Of a stretch of 64,000 nucleotides of DNA, positions 34,664-44,237 are shown piece by piece. The position numbers and the translations under genes are program-made. The stretch lies in contig JAJZRB010000001.1 of the NCBI GenBank assembly GCA_021806615.1, positions 207,201 through 271,200 on the forward strand, written 5' to 3'. The notes below the pieces were generated by a model that saw nothing but the letters and a program-made list of their open reading frames with translations, did not search any database and had not been told where the DNA came from. Source of the stretch: a bacterium (GTDB taxonomy: Bacteria; Patescibacteriota; Patescibacteriia; Patescibacteriales; UBA12465). The number at the start of each line of letters is the position of its first letter. Position 1 is the first letter of the stretch.

Positions 34664-35374
34664 TTATTTATTATTTTGCAGTTGCTTAATTTCCTGTTGG
34701 CTTAAATAGGCCCATTTTCCTTCTGATAAATTTCCGAGGTCAAGGCTAGCTATGGTTCTCCTTTTTAAATCCGCCACCCTTAGATTTAGAGCCCGGAACA
34801 TTCGACGTATCTGGCGTTTCTTGCCCTCGCTTAAGGTTATTACAAAAGTATTATTTTGTAAATATTGGATATCGTTAGCGTAAGCCAGGCCATCCCCTTC
34901 CCCCATATCTATCCCCCTAAGGAATGCGGCAATAATCGAGTCGGGGTTTCTTATTTCCTCTTTTACAGATACTTCATATGTTTTTTTATGCTGGAATCTA
35001 GGGTGGCTCAGCCGTTGAGCGAGGCCGCCGTCATTGGTTAATAGTACTAAGCCGCGGCTATCCTTGTCTAACCGGCCGACAGCGAATAAACGTTCTGGCG
35101 TATCGACTAGATTAAAGATGTTTTTTTCTCCCGGGAAGCTTCTATTCGTACAAGTATAGCCTGCCGGCTTATTTAATTTGATATAAATCGGTGAGATGGC
35201 GGCCGCTAAATGGCGCTCATCTATAGTAATATTGTCGCGCTGTTGGTCAGCTTTCTGCCCTATAATAGCTATTTGGCCGTTGATTTTCACTCGGCCGGCC
35301 CTGATAAGCGCTTCAGCTTTTCGCCGCGACCAAGGGCCAGATTTGGCAATAATTTTTTGTAAAATCGTGTCCAT
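34664..35374 (-). CDS. Pseudouridine synthase, RsuA/RluB family
   Basis: An N-terminal S4 domain and the catalytic motif GRLDKDSRGLVLLTNDG. Confidence 0.85.
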   Translation of the reverse strand: MDTILQKIIAKSGPWSRRKAEALIRAGRVKINGQIAIIGQKADQQRDNITIDERHLAAAISPIYIKLNKPAGYTCTNRSFPGEKNIFNLVDTPERLFAVGRLDKDSRGLVLLTNDGGLAQRLSHPRFQHKKTYEVSVKEEIRNPDSIIAAFLRGIDMGEGDGLAYANDIQYLQNNTFVITLSEGKKRQIRRMFRALNLRVADLKRRTIASLDLGNLSEGKWAYLSQQEIKQLQNNK

Positions 35375-35385
35375 AGCTATCTCGT

Positions 35386-36786
35386 TTATTTATGGCTAGA
35401 TATGATGCGCTGATTGTCTAAATTTAGAAAGCCCAGTAAAGCTATTAGCAGCCAGAACATAACCGCCAGATCATTCTTGAAATAAGGGACATCGACCGCT
35501 CCATGGACGATTATAGCTATCATTGCCGCCATTAGACCTAGAACCAGATATTTTTCCTGACTTTGTCGGCGCCCCAGGTTAGCGGCCAGCTTCCAAGATA
35601 TAATAAGATATTTGATGATAATCCAGAGGAAGACTAAAAGGCCGCCTAAGCCCAACTCGCTCCAGAAATTAAGAATAATATTGTGCGGATATAAATAAAT
35701 TTCCACGGGCTGCCAATATTTGGCCCGTAAAGTAGAGCTCGCCCAGACTACAGCGTCAAAGTTAGGCCGATTATCGCTGTTAAAAAAGATACCCTCCTGG
35801 TGGTATGGTTTGATGGATTTTTGATAGTTGTCGAGCCCAGCACCGGTTATAGCCCGCCAGCCCTTCAGCATTTCAACAGTTTCTTTCCATTGTTGACGTC
35901 TGATTTGTCCCGACAGATCATGCAAGGACAGCTTGGTCACGACGAAACCGCTAGCAGGAGCGAACCAGAAGACACCGCCGATAATCGTTATCAGTAAGAA
36001 CATAGTGGCTATTCTTTGTTTCCCGCCGGCAAATAGTCCGAAAACAAATAAAGACACAGCGATGCCGATGAGAGCTCCTTCGGAACGAGCTGCATATATA
36101 GCGAGTAATGAACTGACAATCGTCAAGCTGATTATTATTTTTTTGATTAGCCCCTTAAGAATATCCTTCTCATTTAATGAGAAGAGCCAGCCGATAAAGA
36201 TGAGTATTAGCGGTCCGAGGTATAAACCGACGGCATTAGGGTAGCCGAAGAAGGAAACGGCCCGCCTGGTTTCCGCCGCCGCCCACATCGGATTAGCGAT
36301 AAAAAGGCCGGTAATCTTCTGGAAGAGCGCAAATAAAGAAACAGCTATGGCCGAAATAAGCAGGGCCCAGATGATCCTAGATAGCTCAGCCTTATTCTTA
36401 AAGATATTAAAGATAAGCAGATATACGAGGATCGGTTCAAAAAAATAAGCTTTCCAAACGCCTAGGGCGCCATTGCTAAAACTGGAAATTCCGGCCGCGA
36501 TGAATGAAAAAATAATAAGCAGGATTATTTCATGGGCGAATGGGTAGACCCAACGATTTTTTAGATTTTTAATGATATTCGGCGCATCCGGCCAGAAAAA
36601 CTTGAAGAACCAGACAGCGAAACTGATTAAGATCATCGTTTCTAATAAGGTGAAGGGCAGCCCGAAAATCTTAAAGCGGATAAGATACGCTGGCAAAGAA
36701 GCAACCAGCAATAAGACAGCCCAGTCTAAACGGATTAGAGCTAAGGCCGTGAAAGCAGAGATGATAATTATTAGCCAGATAGGCAT
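35386..36786 (-). CDS. O-antigen ligase / Wzy_C-domain membrane protein
   Basis: Polytopic, with the Wzy_C-like motif YPHNIILNFWSELGLGGL. Confidence 0.65.
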   Translation of the reverse strand: MPIWLIIIISAFTALALIRLDWAVLLLVASLPAYLIRFKIFGLPFTLLETMILISFAVWFFKFFWPDAPNIIKNLKNRWVYPFAHEIILLIIFSFIAAGISSFSNGALGVWKAYFFEPILVYLLIFNIFKNKAELSRIIWALLISAIAVSLFALFQKITGLFIANPMWAAAETRRAVSFFGYPNAVGLYLGPLILIFIGWLFSLNEKDILKGLIKKIIISLTIVSSLLAIYAARSEGALIGIAVSLFVFGLFAGGKQRIATMFLLITIIGGVFWFAPASGFVVTKLSLHDLSGQIRRQQWKETVEMLKGWRAITGAGLDNYQKSIKPYHQEGIFFNSDNRPNFDAVVWASSTLRAKYWQPVEIYLYPHNIILNFWSELGLGGLLVFLWIIIKYLIISWKLAANLGRRQSQEKYLVLGLMAAMIAIIVHGAVDVPYFKNDLAVMFWLLIALLGFLNLDNQRIISSHK

Positions 36787-36862
36787 ACGGTATTATTTTA
36801 TTGATATTATATCATTAAATGAAATAAAAAACCGCCCCGCTTAATGCGGAGCGGCTCCTGGT

Positions 36863-37423
36863 TTAGTTGGCTCTTTCTACATATTCGCCGGTATCAGTGT
36901 TTATCCTGATGATGTCGCCTTCATCTATAAATAAAGGAACATTGATTAAGGCGCCCGTTTCTATTTCTATTTGTTTGTTAACGTTTCCAGCCGAGTTTCC
37001 TTTAACGCTTGGCGGGGCGCTTACAACTTTGAATTCCATCTTAATCGGCAGACTGATAGAAACCGGACGATTCTCAAAATATAAGACATCAACGTCCACC
37101 CCTTCCTTCAGGAATTTAGCTGGTTCTCCGATTTCTTCTAAGGGTAAGCTGAATTGTTCATAATTAGTATTATCCATGAAGTAGGCTTCGTCCTTATCTT
37201 TGTACATGAAATTAGCTTTTTTGGTTTCAGTTTCCGCCTCTTCCGCCTTGTCAGCCCCCTGGTAGGTTCGTTCCAGGATATTGCCATTGATCAAATTCCG
37301 GCATTTGATCTTTAAGACGGCTCCACCCCGTCCCATTTTATGATGATCGGTTTTTATAATGATAAATGGCTCACCATTGACTTTGATGACGCGGCCGGTT
37401 TTTATCTCGTTGATATTTAGCAT
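36863..37423 (-). CDS. efp: Elongation factor P
   Basis: Typical EF-P sequence (GRVIKVNGEPFIII...HHKMGRGGAVLKIK). Confidence 0.95.
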   Translation of the reverse strand: MLNINEIKTGRVIKVNGEPFIIIKTDHHKMGRGGAVLKIKCRNLINGNILERTYQGADKAEEAETETKKANFMYKDKDEAYFMDNTNYEQFSLPLEEIGEPAKFLKEGVDVDVLYFENRPVSISLPIKMEFKVVSAPPSVKGNSAGNVNKQIEIETGALINVPLFIDEGDIIRINTDTGEYVERAN

Positions 37424-37454
37424 AATGTGATGCTCTTAGGTTATAGAACATTTA

Positions 37455-37667
37455 TTATTTATGGGTCGCTCCAAGGAGTGCCATAATCCGGGCTCTTTTG
37501 ATAGCCGTGGCTAATTTTCGTTGATGCCAGGCGCAAACTCCGGTCCGGGCGCTCGGCAGTATTTTCATATAGAAATTGACGAAGCGGCGTAAATTGCGCG
37601 TATCTTTATAATCAACTTCCAGATTATTAACGCAAAAATAGCATTCTTTAGTTTTTTTGTTAGTCAT
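37455..37667 (-). CDS. rpsR: 30S ribosomal protein S18
   Basis: CYFC...DYKD...LRRF...ILPSARTG...QRKLATAIKRAR. Confidence 0.9.
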   Translation of the reverse strand: MTNKKTKECYFCVNNLEVDYKDTRNLRRFVNFYMKILPSARTGVCAWHQRKLATAIKRARIMALLGATHK

Positions 37668-37682
37668 AGTTTTATTACTTTA

Positions 37683-38135
<453 letters not shown>

Positions 38136-38166
38136 CTAACCCGGTTTCCTGGCCGGGTTAAGTTAA

Positions 38167-38688
38167 TTAAATTAAATCATCAGCATTGAGGATGCCCTCC
38201 AACTTTTCGTCCAGATCTTTTAAGTCCACGCGACTATCCTTATTTTCTTTAGTTTTAGAAACGTTCGTGGATGTGGACGGAATTTTATTTTTTATCTCTT
38301 GTTTTTTATCCGCTTCGGCTTTTTTAGAATCGATTTTTGCCCGGATTTTATTTTCCCGAGCGATGTCTTCTTCGCTCTTTGTCTTTTTAACTACGATCTG
38401 ATGGCGTAAGACGTTAGCGAATAAGCGCAGGTTAGAATCAATCTTGGCCAAATTAGCTCCTTCTAGATCAAATTCAAATAAACCATAATACCCAAAAGCG
38501 TTATGTTTTATTTCATAGGCCAGACGTTTTTTCCCCCAGTATTCACGGCCGGTTATTTTCCCGCCGCCGTCTGTCAGCATTTTTTCTACCTGGCCTACTA
38601 CGGTTTTAGCTTCGTCGTCCGTAAATTTATTAGGGACGATAAATAAAATTTCGTAATGGGTTGTTCCGGTTGTTTTGGTTTTTGACAT
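38167..38688 (-). CDS. rpsF: 30S ribosomal protein S6 with a long basic/acidic C-terminal extension
   Basis: YEILFIV...GREYWGKKRLAYEI, followed by a low-complexity tail of about 70 aa. Confidence 0.9.
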   Translation of the reverse strand: MSKTKTTGTTHYEILFIVPNKFTDDEAKTVVGQVEKMLTDGGGKITGREYWGKKRLAYEIKHNAFGYYGLFEFDLEGANLAKIDSNLRLFANVLRHQIVVKKTKSEEDIARENKIRAKIDSKKAEADKKQEIKNKIPSTSTNVSKTKENKDSRVDLKDLDEKLEGILNADDLI

Positions 38689-38917
38689 ATTTATTTTAGA
38701 TTATAGGGCTTAAAGAATATTTAAAAAATTTCTAAAAAATTTCTTTATTTCCCGGTTAATTAAACAAAAATCCCCAAGTATTCCTCTCTTTGGGGATGAA
38801 GAATACCTTTAATTTCGCCCTGATATTAACGAAATTATCTTGAAAATAGTCAAGATATGGGAAAGATATTGTGAAATATTTAATTTGTAAATTTAATTTA
38901 GCACAAAGATTAAAAAA

Positions 38918-38946
38918 TTGCAATGCTTAAGATATTGAGATATGAT
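38918..38946 (+). promoter_or_regulatory. Sigma70-like promoter (TTGCAA-17 nt-TATGAT)
   Basis: The -35 lies at 38918-38923 and the -10 at 38941-38946, 29 nt upstream of the methyltransferase start. Confidence 0.45.
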
Positions 38947-38974
38947 TAAGGCCAGACAGGTTTAAATTATCGTT

Positions 38975-40159
38975 ATGTCATATTTTTTCGTCTTAGGAAC
39001 TAACCCGGCCTTATCAGTCGCCGAACTGGCCTCGGTTTTAGATTTAAAGAATATACATTTATTATCTCCGGATTTTCTCATAGCTGATAGTAACCAGGAA
39101 ATAGCGCCGGAAAATCTTATTAAATGTTTGGGTGGTACCATTAAGATCGGCCGCATCGTCTCCGAGGTAAAAGCGGGCGGCTCCTATGATTTGGAACAAC
39201 GTGTTGAGAGGTTAGCCGCGGAGAAACAGGCCATTTCAGTCGGCGGTAAATTTAACTTCGGTTTCTCCGATTATGGCCCCCAATTATTTGATAAGAAAGA
39301 TTTAGGGCTGAAATTAAAACAGTATTTTGCACAGCGTAAAATAAGTTCACGTTTCGTTATTAGCAGAGAAAAGACCTTGTCCAGCGTCGTTGTTACTCAG
39401 AATAAGCTCCTGCGTCGTGGTTTAGAAATAGTCCTAGCGGCCGCTGATGACATAGTGCTGATTGGCGAAACTTTGGCTGTCCAGCCTTTTAAAGATTTGT
39501 CTCTTCGTGATTATGGCCGGCCGGCCCGCGATGATCTGTCTGGGATGTTACCCCCGAAATTAGCCCAGATTATGATAAATTTAGCCCAGTTACCAAGCAA
39601 AAATGCTTTGGTTATTGATCCCTTTTGCGGTTCAGGTACGATTTTGAGCGAAGCCGCTATCTTAGGATATAAGAATTTATTCGGTTCTGATGTTTCGTCA
39701 AAAGCCGTAGATGATACTCGGAAAAATATGAGTTGGCTCAAAGAATTATATAAGATTGATGATATCAAGCTGAAATTATTTGTTAAGAAGGTTGAAAACT
39801 TATCTAAGTTCGTAAAAGGCGAAACGGTAGACGCAATAATTACCGAACCATATTTAGGCCCGCAACGCGGTCGTCTAGATTTTAAATCTATTATTAGCAG
39901 TTTAGAGTCATTGTATTCCTTGGCCTTGCATGAATTTTTTAAAGTTTTAAAACCGGGCGGCCGAGTAGTGATGATCTGGCCTCTTTATTACGGCGAACGA
40001 CCTATTAACCCTCGTTATGATGGTTTCCGCGTCTTGAATATGATTCCGGAAACCTTGAAAGACAGTAAATTTATTAAAAAAAATAGTCGAGACTCGATTA
40101 TTTACGGGCGCCCCGGCCAGAAAGTTTATAGGGAAGTAGTGGTTTTAGAAAAGATTTAA
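38975..40159 (+). CDS. Putative RNA (or DNA) N-methyltransferase, UPF0020/Trm11-RlmL-like
   Basis: SAM motif I IDPFCGSGTILSEAA, a motif IV-like ITEPYLG and an N-terminal domain of unknown type. Confidence 0.6.
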   Translation: MSYFFVLGTNPALSVAELASVLDLKNIHLLSPDFLIADSNQEIAPENLIKCLGGTIKIGRIVSEVKAGGSYDLEQRVERLAAEKQAISVGGKFNFGFSDYGPQLFDKKDLGLKLKQYFAQRKISSRFVISREKTLSSVVVTQNKLLRRGLEIVLAAADDIVLIGETLAVQPFKDLSLRDYGRPARDDLSGMLPPKLAQIMINLAQLPSKNALVIDPFCGSGTILSEAAILGYKNLFGSDVSSKAVDDTRKNMSWLKELYKIDDIKLKLFVKKVENLSKFVKGETVDAIITEPYLGPQRGRLDFKSIISSLESLYSLALHEFFKVLKPGGRVVMIWPLYYGERPINPRYDGFRVLNMIPETLKDSKFIKKNSRDSIIYGRPGQKVYREVVVLEKI

Positions 40160-40214
40160 ATCTTGGTCTGAATATTCATAGTAAAAGAGGCTGGTTAGCC
40201 TCTTTTTTTGTAGA

Positions 40215-41279
40215 TCATTTATTGATTAGGAAATTGGCGACATCACCATCCTGGAAAACATAGTCCTTTCCTTCAGTGCGGATCCAGCCCAATTCTTTAG
40301 CTTTAGCCTCGCTGCCCGCTTCAACAAATTTTTGCCAGTTTATTACTTCGGCTCGGATAAACGCTTTAATGAAATCAGTGTGTATCTCACCGGCCGCTTG
40401 CGGCGCTTTCGAGCCTTTCTTGATGGTCCAGGCGCGCGTTTCATCAGATCCGGTCGTGAAGAATGTTTCTAGCCCTAGCGTCTGATAAGCGCTTTGTATA
40501 AGCTTATCTAGTCCGCTTTGTTCTAACCCAAGCTCTTTTATATATTCAGCCTGTTCCTCTTCTGGCAAATTAGCGATTTCTTCTTCTAATTTTACATTAA
40601 TTTTAATGATTACATCTCTGGTTCCAGGTAGAACATCACCGCTATGCCTATCGTCAATATTAAGTAAATAAATAATCGGTTTGATGGTTAGTAAGTTTAA
40701 AGTTTTAACGAATATTAGTTCTTCGTCGTCAAATATTAAGTCTCTTATCGCCACTCCTTTAACTAGGTTATCATATATTTTCTCTAATATTTGATTATTA
40801 TATATTATATCCTTATTACCGCTTTTAGCCTCCCGTCGGGTTTTATCTAATCGTTTTTCCACTGTTGCCAGATCAGCAAATATAAGTTCCATGTTTATGG
40901 TCTCCTTATCGCTGGCGGGGTTTACCGCTCCGCCTACATGAATAACATTAGGATCTTTGAAATCCCTGATAACCTCACAAATAGCATTACATTCTCTAAT
41001 ATGAGCCAAAAATTGGTTTCCTAGCCCCTCGCCCTTGTGTGCGCCCTCAACCAAGCCGGCAATATCTACAAATTCGATCGTTGTTGGGATGATTTTTAAT
41101 GGTTTGGAAATAGCTGCCAATTTTTCTAAGCGAAAATCAGGGACTTTTACTACCCCTACGTTAGGATCAATAGTGCAGAAAGGATAGTTTGCCGCTTCTA
41201 CCCCTTTTTTAGTCAGAACGTTAAATAAGCTTGATTTGCCGACATTCGGCAAACCAACAATTCCGATTGATAACGACAT
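40215..41279 (-). CDS. ychF: Ribosome-binding ATPase YchF
   Basis: G1 motif [15 protein letters not shown] and a C-terminal TGS-like domain. Confidence 0.95.
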   Translation of the reverse strand: MSLSIGIVGLPNVGKSSLFNVLTKKGVEAANYPFCTIDPNVGVVKVPDFRLEKLAAISKPLKIIPTTIEFVDIAGLVEGAHKGEGLGNQFLAHIRECNAICEVIRDFKDPNVIHVGGAVNPASDKETINMELIFADLATVEKRLDKTRREAKSGNKDIIYNNQILEKIYDNLVKGVAIRDLIFDDEELIFVKTLNLLTIKPIIYLLNIDDRHSGDVLPGTRDVIIKINVKLEEEIANLPEEEQAEYIKELGLEQSGLDKLIQSAYQTLGLETFFTTGSDETRAWTIKKGSKAPQAAGEIHTDFIKAFIRAEVINWQKFVEAGSEAKAKELGWIRTEGKDYVFQDGDVANFLINK

Positions 41280-41729
41280 ATATTTATGCTCCGAGTATAG
41301 CGAATAATTATATTTTTGCCAAATTATCTAATATTAGTAAATAAATTAGGAATAAAAAAGAGGCCCAGAACGGGCCCCTCTTTATTAAATAAAGATAAAA
41401 ATAAATAATGGCCGTGCCTGAGCCTCATTCCCAATAACATATTATTCTTCCGATGTGTTATCGAGAAAAGAAGCGCTTTGCTGACTTAAAGAGCTTGTTC
41501 TACCAACTCTTTGCAAATTAATTAGGTATTTTTATTATTTTTGCTAATTTCTAATAAAATTTAGTAAGAGTTTCTTTTTGATTCTTATTAAATTTCATTT
41601 TTTAGTATTAGCACGATGATTAATTTGCTCAAGATTAATTCTTTGCCACGTCAGCGTTGGCAATGGAATCAAGAGTTAGTTAATGAACTTAAATTCATTA
41701 TAGCATTTTTAAATATTAGGGTCAAATAA

Positions 41730-41820
41730 TGTGGACTTAAATCTATGTTTTAATATAATTTTATTTAATATTAAATAAAATAATAATATTATAGTAATAT
41801 TTTTAATATTTAAGTCCACA
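41730..41820. repeat. 13-bp perfect inverted repeat TGTGGACTTAAAT / ATTTAAGTCCACA flanking a 65-bp stretch that is ~95% AT
   Basis: The left arm is 41730-41742 and the right arm 41808-41820. The arms carry the DnaA-box-like core TCCACA. The spacer contains only 3 G/C bases. Confidence 0.7.
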
Positions 41821-41864
41821 ATATTTTAGACTTAAAATCGTATTTTATACACATAAAACACAAG

Positions 41865-41873
41865 TTATCCACA
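41865..41873 (+). promoter_or_regulatory. Perfect DnaA box TTATCCACA
   Basis: Exact consensus 9-mer, 45 bp from the inverted-repeat arm and inside a 660-bp non-coding region. Confidence 0.45.
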
Positions 41874-41904
41874 GATTTAGACTAATTTTTTGTAAATATA
41901 TTTT

Positions 41905-41929
41905 AAAAAGCTCTATGAAAGAGCTTTTT
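41905..41929. terminator. Bidirectional terminator downstream of tRNA-Cys
   Basis: AAAAAGCTC-tatgaaa-GAGCTTTTT. Confidence 0.65.
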
Positions 41930-41937
41930 AATTTAAG

Positions 41938-42011
41938 AGGCTCGAGTGGGAGTCGAACCCACGAATGGCAGTTTTGCAAACTGCAGCGTTAGACCACTTC
42001 GCCATCGAGCC
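41938..42011 (-). tRNA. tRNA-Cys(GCA)
   Basis: The reverse complement is GGCTCGA...TCGAGCC-T (U73 discriminator), with anticodon loop TTGCAAA. Confidence 0.9.
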
Positions 42012-42036
42012 TTTATTATCTGAATATTAGCTTATC

Positions 42037-43104
42037 CTATTTAAGTTGTAAACTAGCGTCTACTCGCAAATGCTTAAAAGACACTATTTTCCCTTTGTGT
42101 AATTTATAAGCGGCGGCGACTGCGATCATTGCAGCGTTATCCGTCGTATATTCCTGTTTCGGGATGAGTAATGGGATCATTTTCAGTTTAGAGTTAACTT
42201 GGCCAGCTAGTCGTAAGCGCAATTCTTTATTAGCGCTGACCCCGCCAGAAAGCATTACTGTGCGGGCCCGGAATATTTGAGCCGCCTTGATAGTTTTTGC
42301 TATCAAGATATCAATAATCGCTTGTTGATATTCATAACAATACTCGGGTATTTTTTTTCGCCATTTATTATCTTTTTGAAGCTGGTAAAGAAGAGCGGTT
42401 TTGAGGCCAGAAAATGAAAAATCAAAGCCGGAAGAATTGATCATCGGGCGAGGTAGCCTAATGATGTCGGTTTTCAGGCTGTTTTTAATTTTTTTTTCTC
42501 TATTTATTCTTTCTTTATATTTCTCGGCCTGGTAAGAGATGATCGGTCCGCCGGGATATCCTAAATCCAGCATTTTTGCGGCTTTATCGTAAGCTTCTCC
42601 GGCTGCGTCGTCTCGTGTTTCTCCGATGATTTGTATTTTTTTATTTTTATCCATCTTGATTAGGGCGGTGTGTCCGCCGGACACAGTCAGAATGACAGCT
42701 GGGAATCTGACTATCAGCGCGGAGTCTATAAAATTAGAGTAAATATGGCCTTCAATATGGTTTATCTCTATTATTGGCTTGTTCCAGGCGTAAGCCAAAG
42801 TACGCGCCGTCTCTACTCCGGTTATAAGAGAAGTAATTAATCCCGGGCCTTTAGTCACGCCGATGGCATCCAATTTTTTTTGGTTAATGCCGGCTCTATT
42901 CAAAGATTCATAAATTACTGGCAATATATTTAAAACATGTTCGCGCGCAGCCACCTCGGGAACGACGCCCCCATATTTTTTATGGATTTCTATTTGCGAG
43001 GAAATGACATTGGACAGCACTTTTATCCGGCCGGCTTTAAAGTCGGCATAGATTACCGATGCGGCGGTTTCATCGCAGCTAGTTTCTATTCCTAGTATAT
43101 ACAT
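42037..43104 (-). CDS. tsaD: tRNA N6-adenosine threonylcarbamoyltransferase TsaD
   Basis: ILGIETSCDETAASV, HIEGHIYS and GGVSAN motifs. Confidence 0.95.
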   Translation of the reverse strand: MYILGIETSCDETAASVIYADFKAGRIKVLSNVISSQIEIHKKYGGVVPEVAAREHVLNILPVIYESLNRAGINQKKLDAIGVTKGPGLITSLITGVETARTLAYAWNKPIIEINHIEGHIYSNFIDSALIVRFPAVILTVSGGHTALIKMDKNKKIQIIGETRDDAAGEAYDKAAKMLDLGYPGGPIISYQAEKYKERINREKKIKNSLKTDIIRLPRPMINSSGFDFSFSGLKTALLYQLQKDNKWRKKIPEYCYEYQQAIIDILIAKTIKAAQIFRARTVMLSGGVSANKELRLRLAGQVNSKLKMIPLLIPKQEYTTDNAAMIAVAAAYKLHKGKIVSFKHLRVDASLQLK

Positions 43105-43144
43105 ATATAGTATTGTAGGTTATTTTAAGAAAAAGACAAATTTC

Positions 43145-43173
43145 TTGACAGAAAGTCGTTTTATTTATAGAAT
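43145..43173 (+). promoter_or_regulatory. Sigma70-like promoter (TTGACA-17 nt-TAGAAT) upstream of tRNA-Glu
   Basis: The -35 lies at 43145-43150 and the -10 at 43168-43173. Confidence 0.45.
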
Positions 43174-43230
43174 AAAGCTGAATCTACTGCTTTAGATTTT
43201 TATTTTTTACCTTTTTTGATTTTTTTAAAT

Positions 43231-43302
43231 GGTCCCTTCGTCTAGTGGTTAGGACATCAGGTTTTCATCCTGGTAACAGGGGTTCGATTCCCCTAGGGAC
43301 TA
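43231..43302 (+). tRNA. tRNA-Glu(TTC)
   Basis: GGTCCCT...AGGGACT-A, with anticodon loop TTTTCAT. Confidence 0.9.
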
Positions 43303-43370
43303 CATCTGGCAATATTTGACGTTCATTGTGATGGATATCCATCGGCTTAAGATCTAAACATATAAATCAT

Positions 43371-44105
43371 ATGTTAGTTGAGTTCTGTTTGCCCGTAAAA
43401 AATGAGGAGTCAATATTGCAAAATAACGCTCTAAAAATCAAGGATTTTTTATCTCAGCATCGCCCATCTTATGATTGGCGGATAATCATTCTAGTCAATG
43501 GTTCTGATGACAGTTCTCTAACTATCGCTCAAGAGTTAGCCGCCTCCGACCCCATCCATTTTCAGGCTAGATTCTTGGCGAAAGGCGGCAAGGGGCTCGC
43601 TTTAAAAAGCTATTTTAAAGATAGCTCGGCCGAGCTATTGGTTTTTATAGATATAGATATGGCCGTGCCTCTATCTAATCTTGACCCGCTTTTATATCCG
43701 TTGCTGACAGACCAAGCGGATCTGGTGGTTGGTTCGCGGCTATTGCCAGGAGCCAGAGTAAATCGTCCTTGGTTGCGGGGACTTAGCTCTCATATCTATA
43801 ACTATCTGGCCCGTTTATTCTTTGATTATCAAATCAGCGATCTACAATGCGGGTTTAAGGCTTTGAAGCGCAGTCTTTTCAACCGTTTGCAGCCGTATCT
43901 TTTAGATGATCAATGGTTTTTGGACACGGAATTGATTATATTTGCCCATTACTTTGGTTATCGGCTCGCAGAAATCCCGGTAGACTGGGAAGAGCGCCGC
44001 TATAAGAGCAGACAGAGTAAGATCAAAGTTTTTTCCGACAGTTTTATTTTTTTTAGAAATTTATTAAATTTAAAAAAACGTTTGCACGCGCTCGAACATG
44101 ATTAA
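43371..44105 (+). CDS. Family 2 glycosyltransferase (polyprenol-phosphate glycosyltransferase-like)
   Basis: The DxD motif FIDIDMAV, and DLQCGFKAL typical of the DPM1/GtrB-like group. Confidence 0.75.
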   Translation: MLVEFCLPVKNEESILQNNALKIKDFLSQHRPSYDWRIIILVNGSDDSSLTIAQELAASDPIHFQARFLAKGGKGLALKSYFKDSSAELLVFIDIDMAVPLSNLDPLLYPLLTDQADLVVGSRLLPGARVNRPWLRGLSSHIYNYLARLFFDYQISDLQCGFKALKRSLFNRLQPYLLDDQWFLDTELIIFAHYFGYRLAEIPVDWEERRYKSRQSKIKVFSDSFIFFRNLLNLKKRLHALEHD

Positions 44106-44237
44106 GAATTTCGGCTTAGTCATCCGGATTTCCTCTCCAGAATCTAATTATTTGAGGCCGTAGTCTGATGATTATAATTTTTCCAGGCGTAATATATAAA
44201 AGGATCAAATTATCAAGCTAACTCATTCAATAAGTTT

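Noticed and set aside
38962-39156. Track ORF 38962..39156 (-), considered as a possible source of the minus-strand transcript ending at the 38770-38797 hairpin.
   Set aside because: It is antisense to the methyltransferase gene, has no RBS and has implausible composition. I retained only the hairpin observation.
41401-41530. The slightly GC-richer patch inside the large non-coding region was considered as a small ORF or a known ncRNA (6S, tmRNA or RNase P fragment).
   Set aside because: Only ORFs of 9-34 codons without an RBS are present, and I could not recognise conserved motifs of known RNA families by eye. It is left as part of the candidate-origin finding, with RNA-seq or Rfam as the test.
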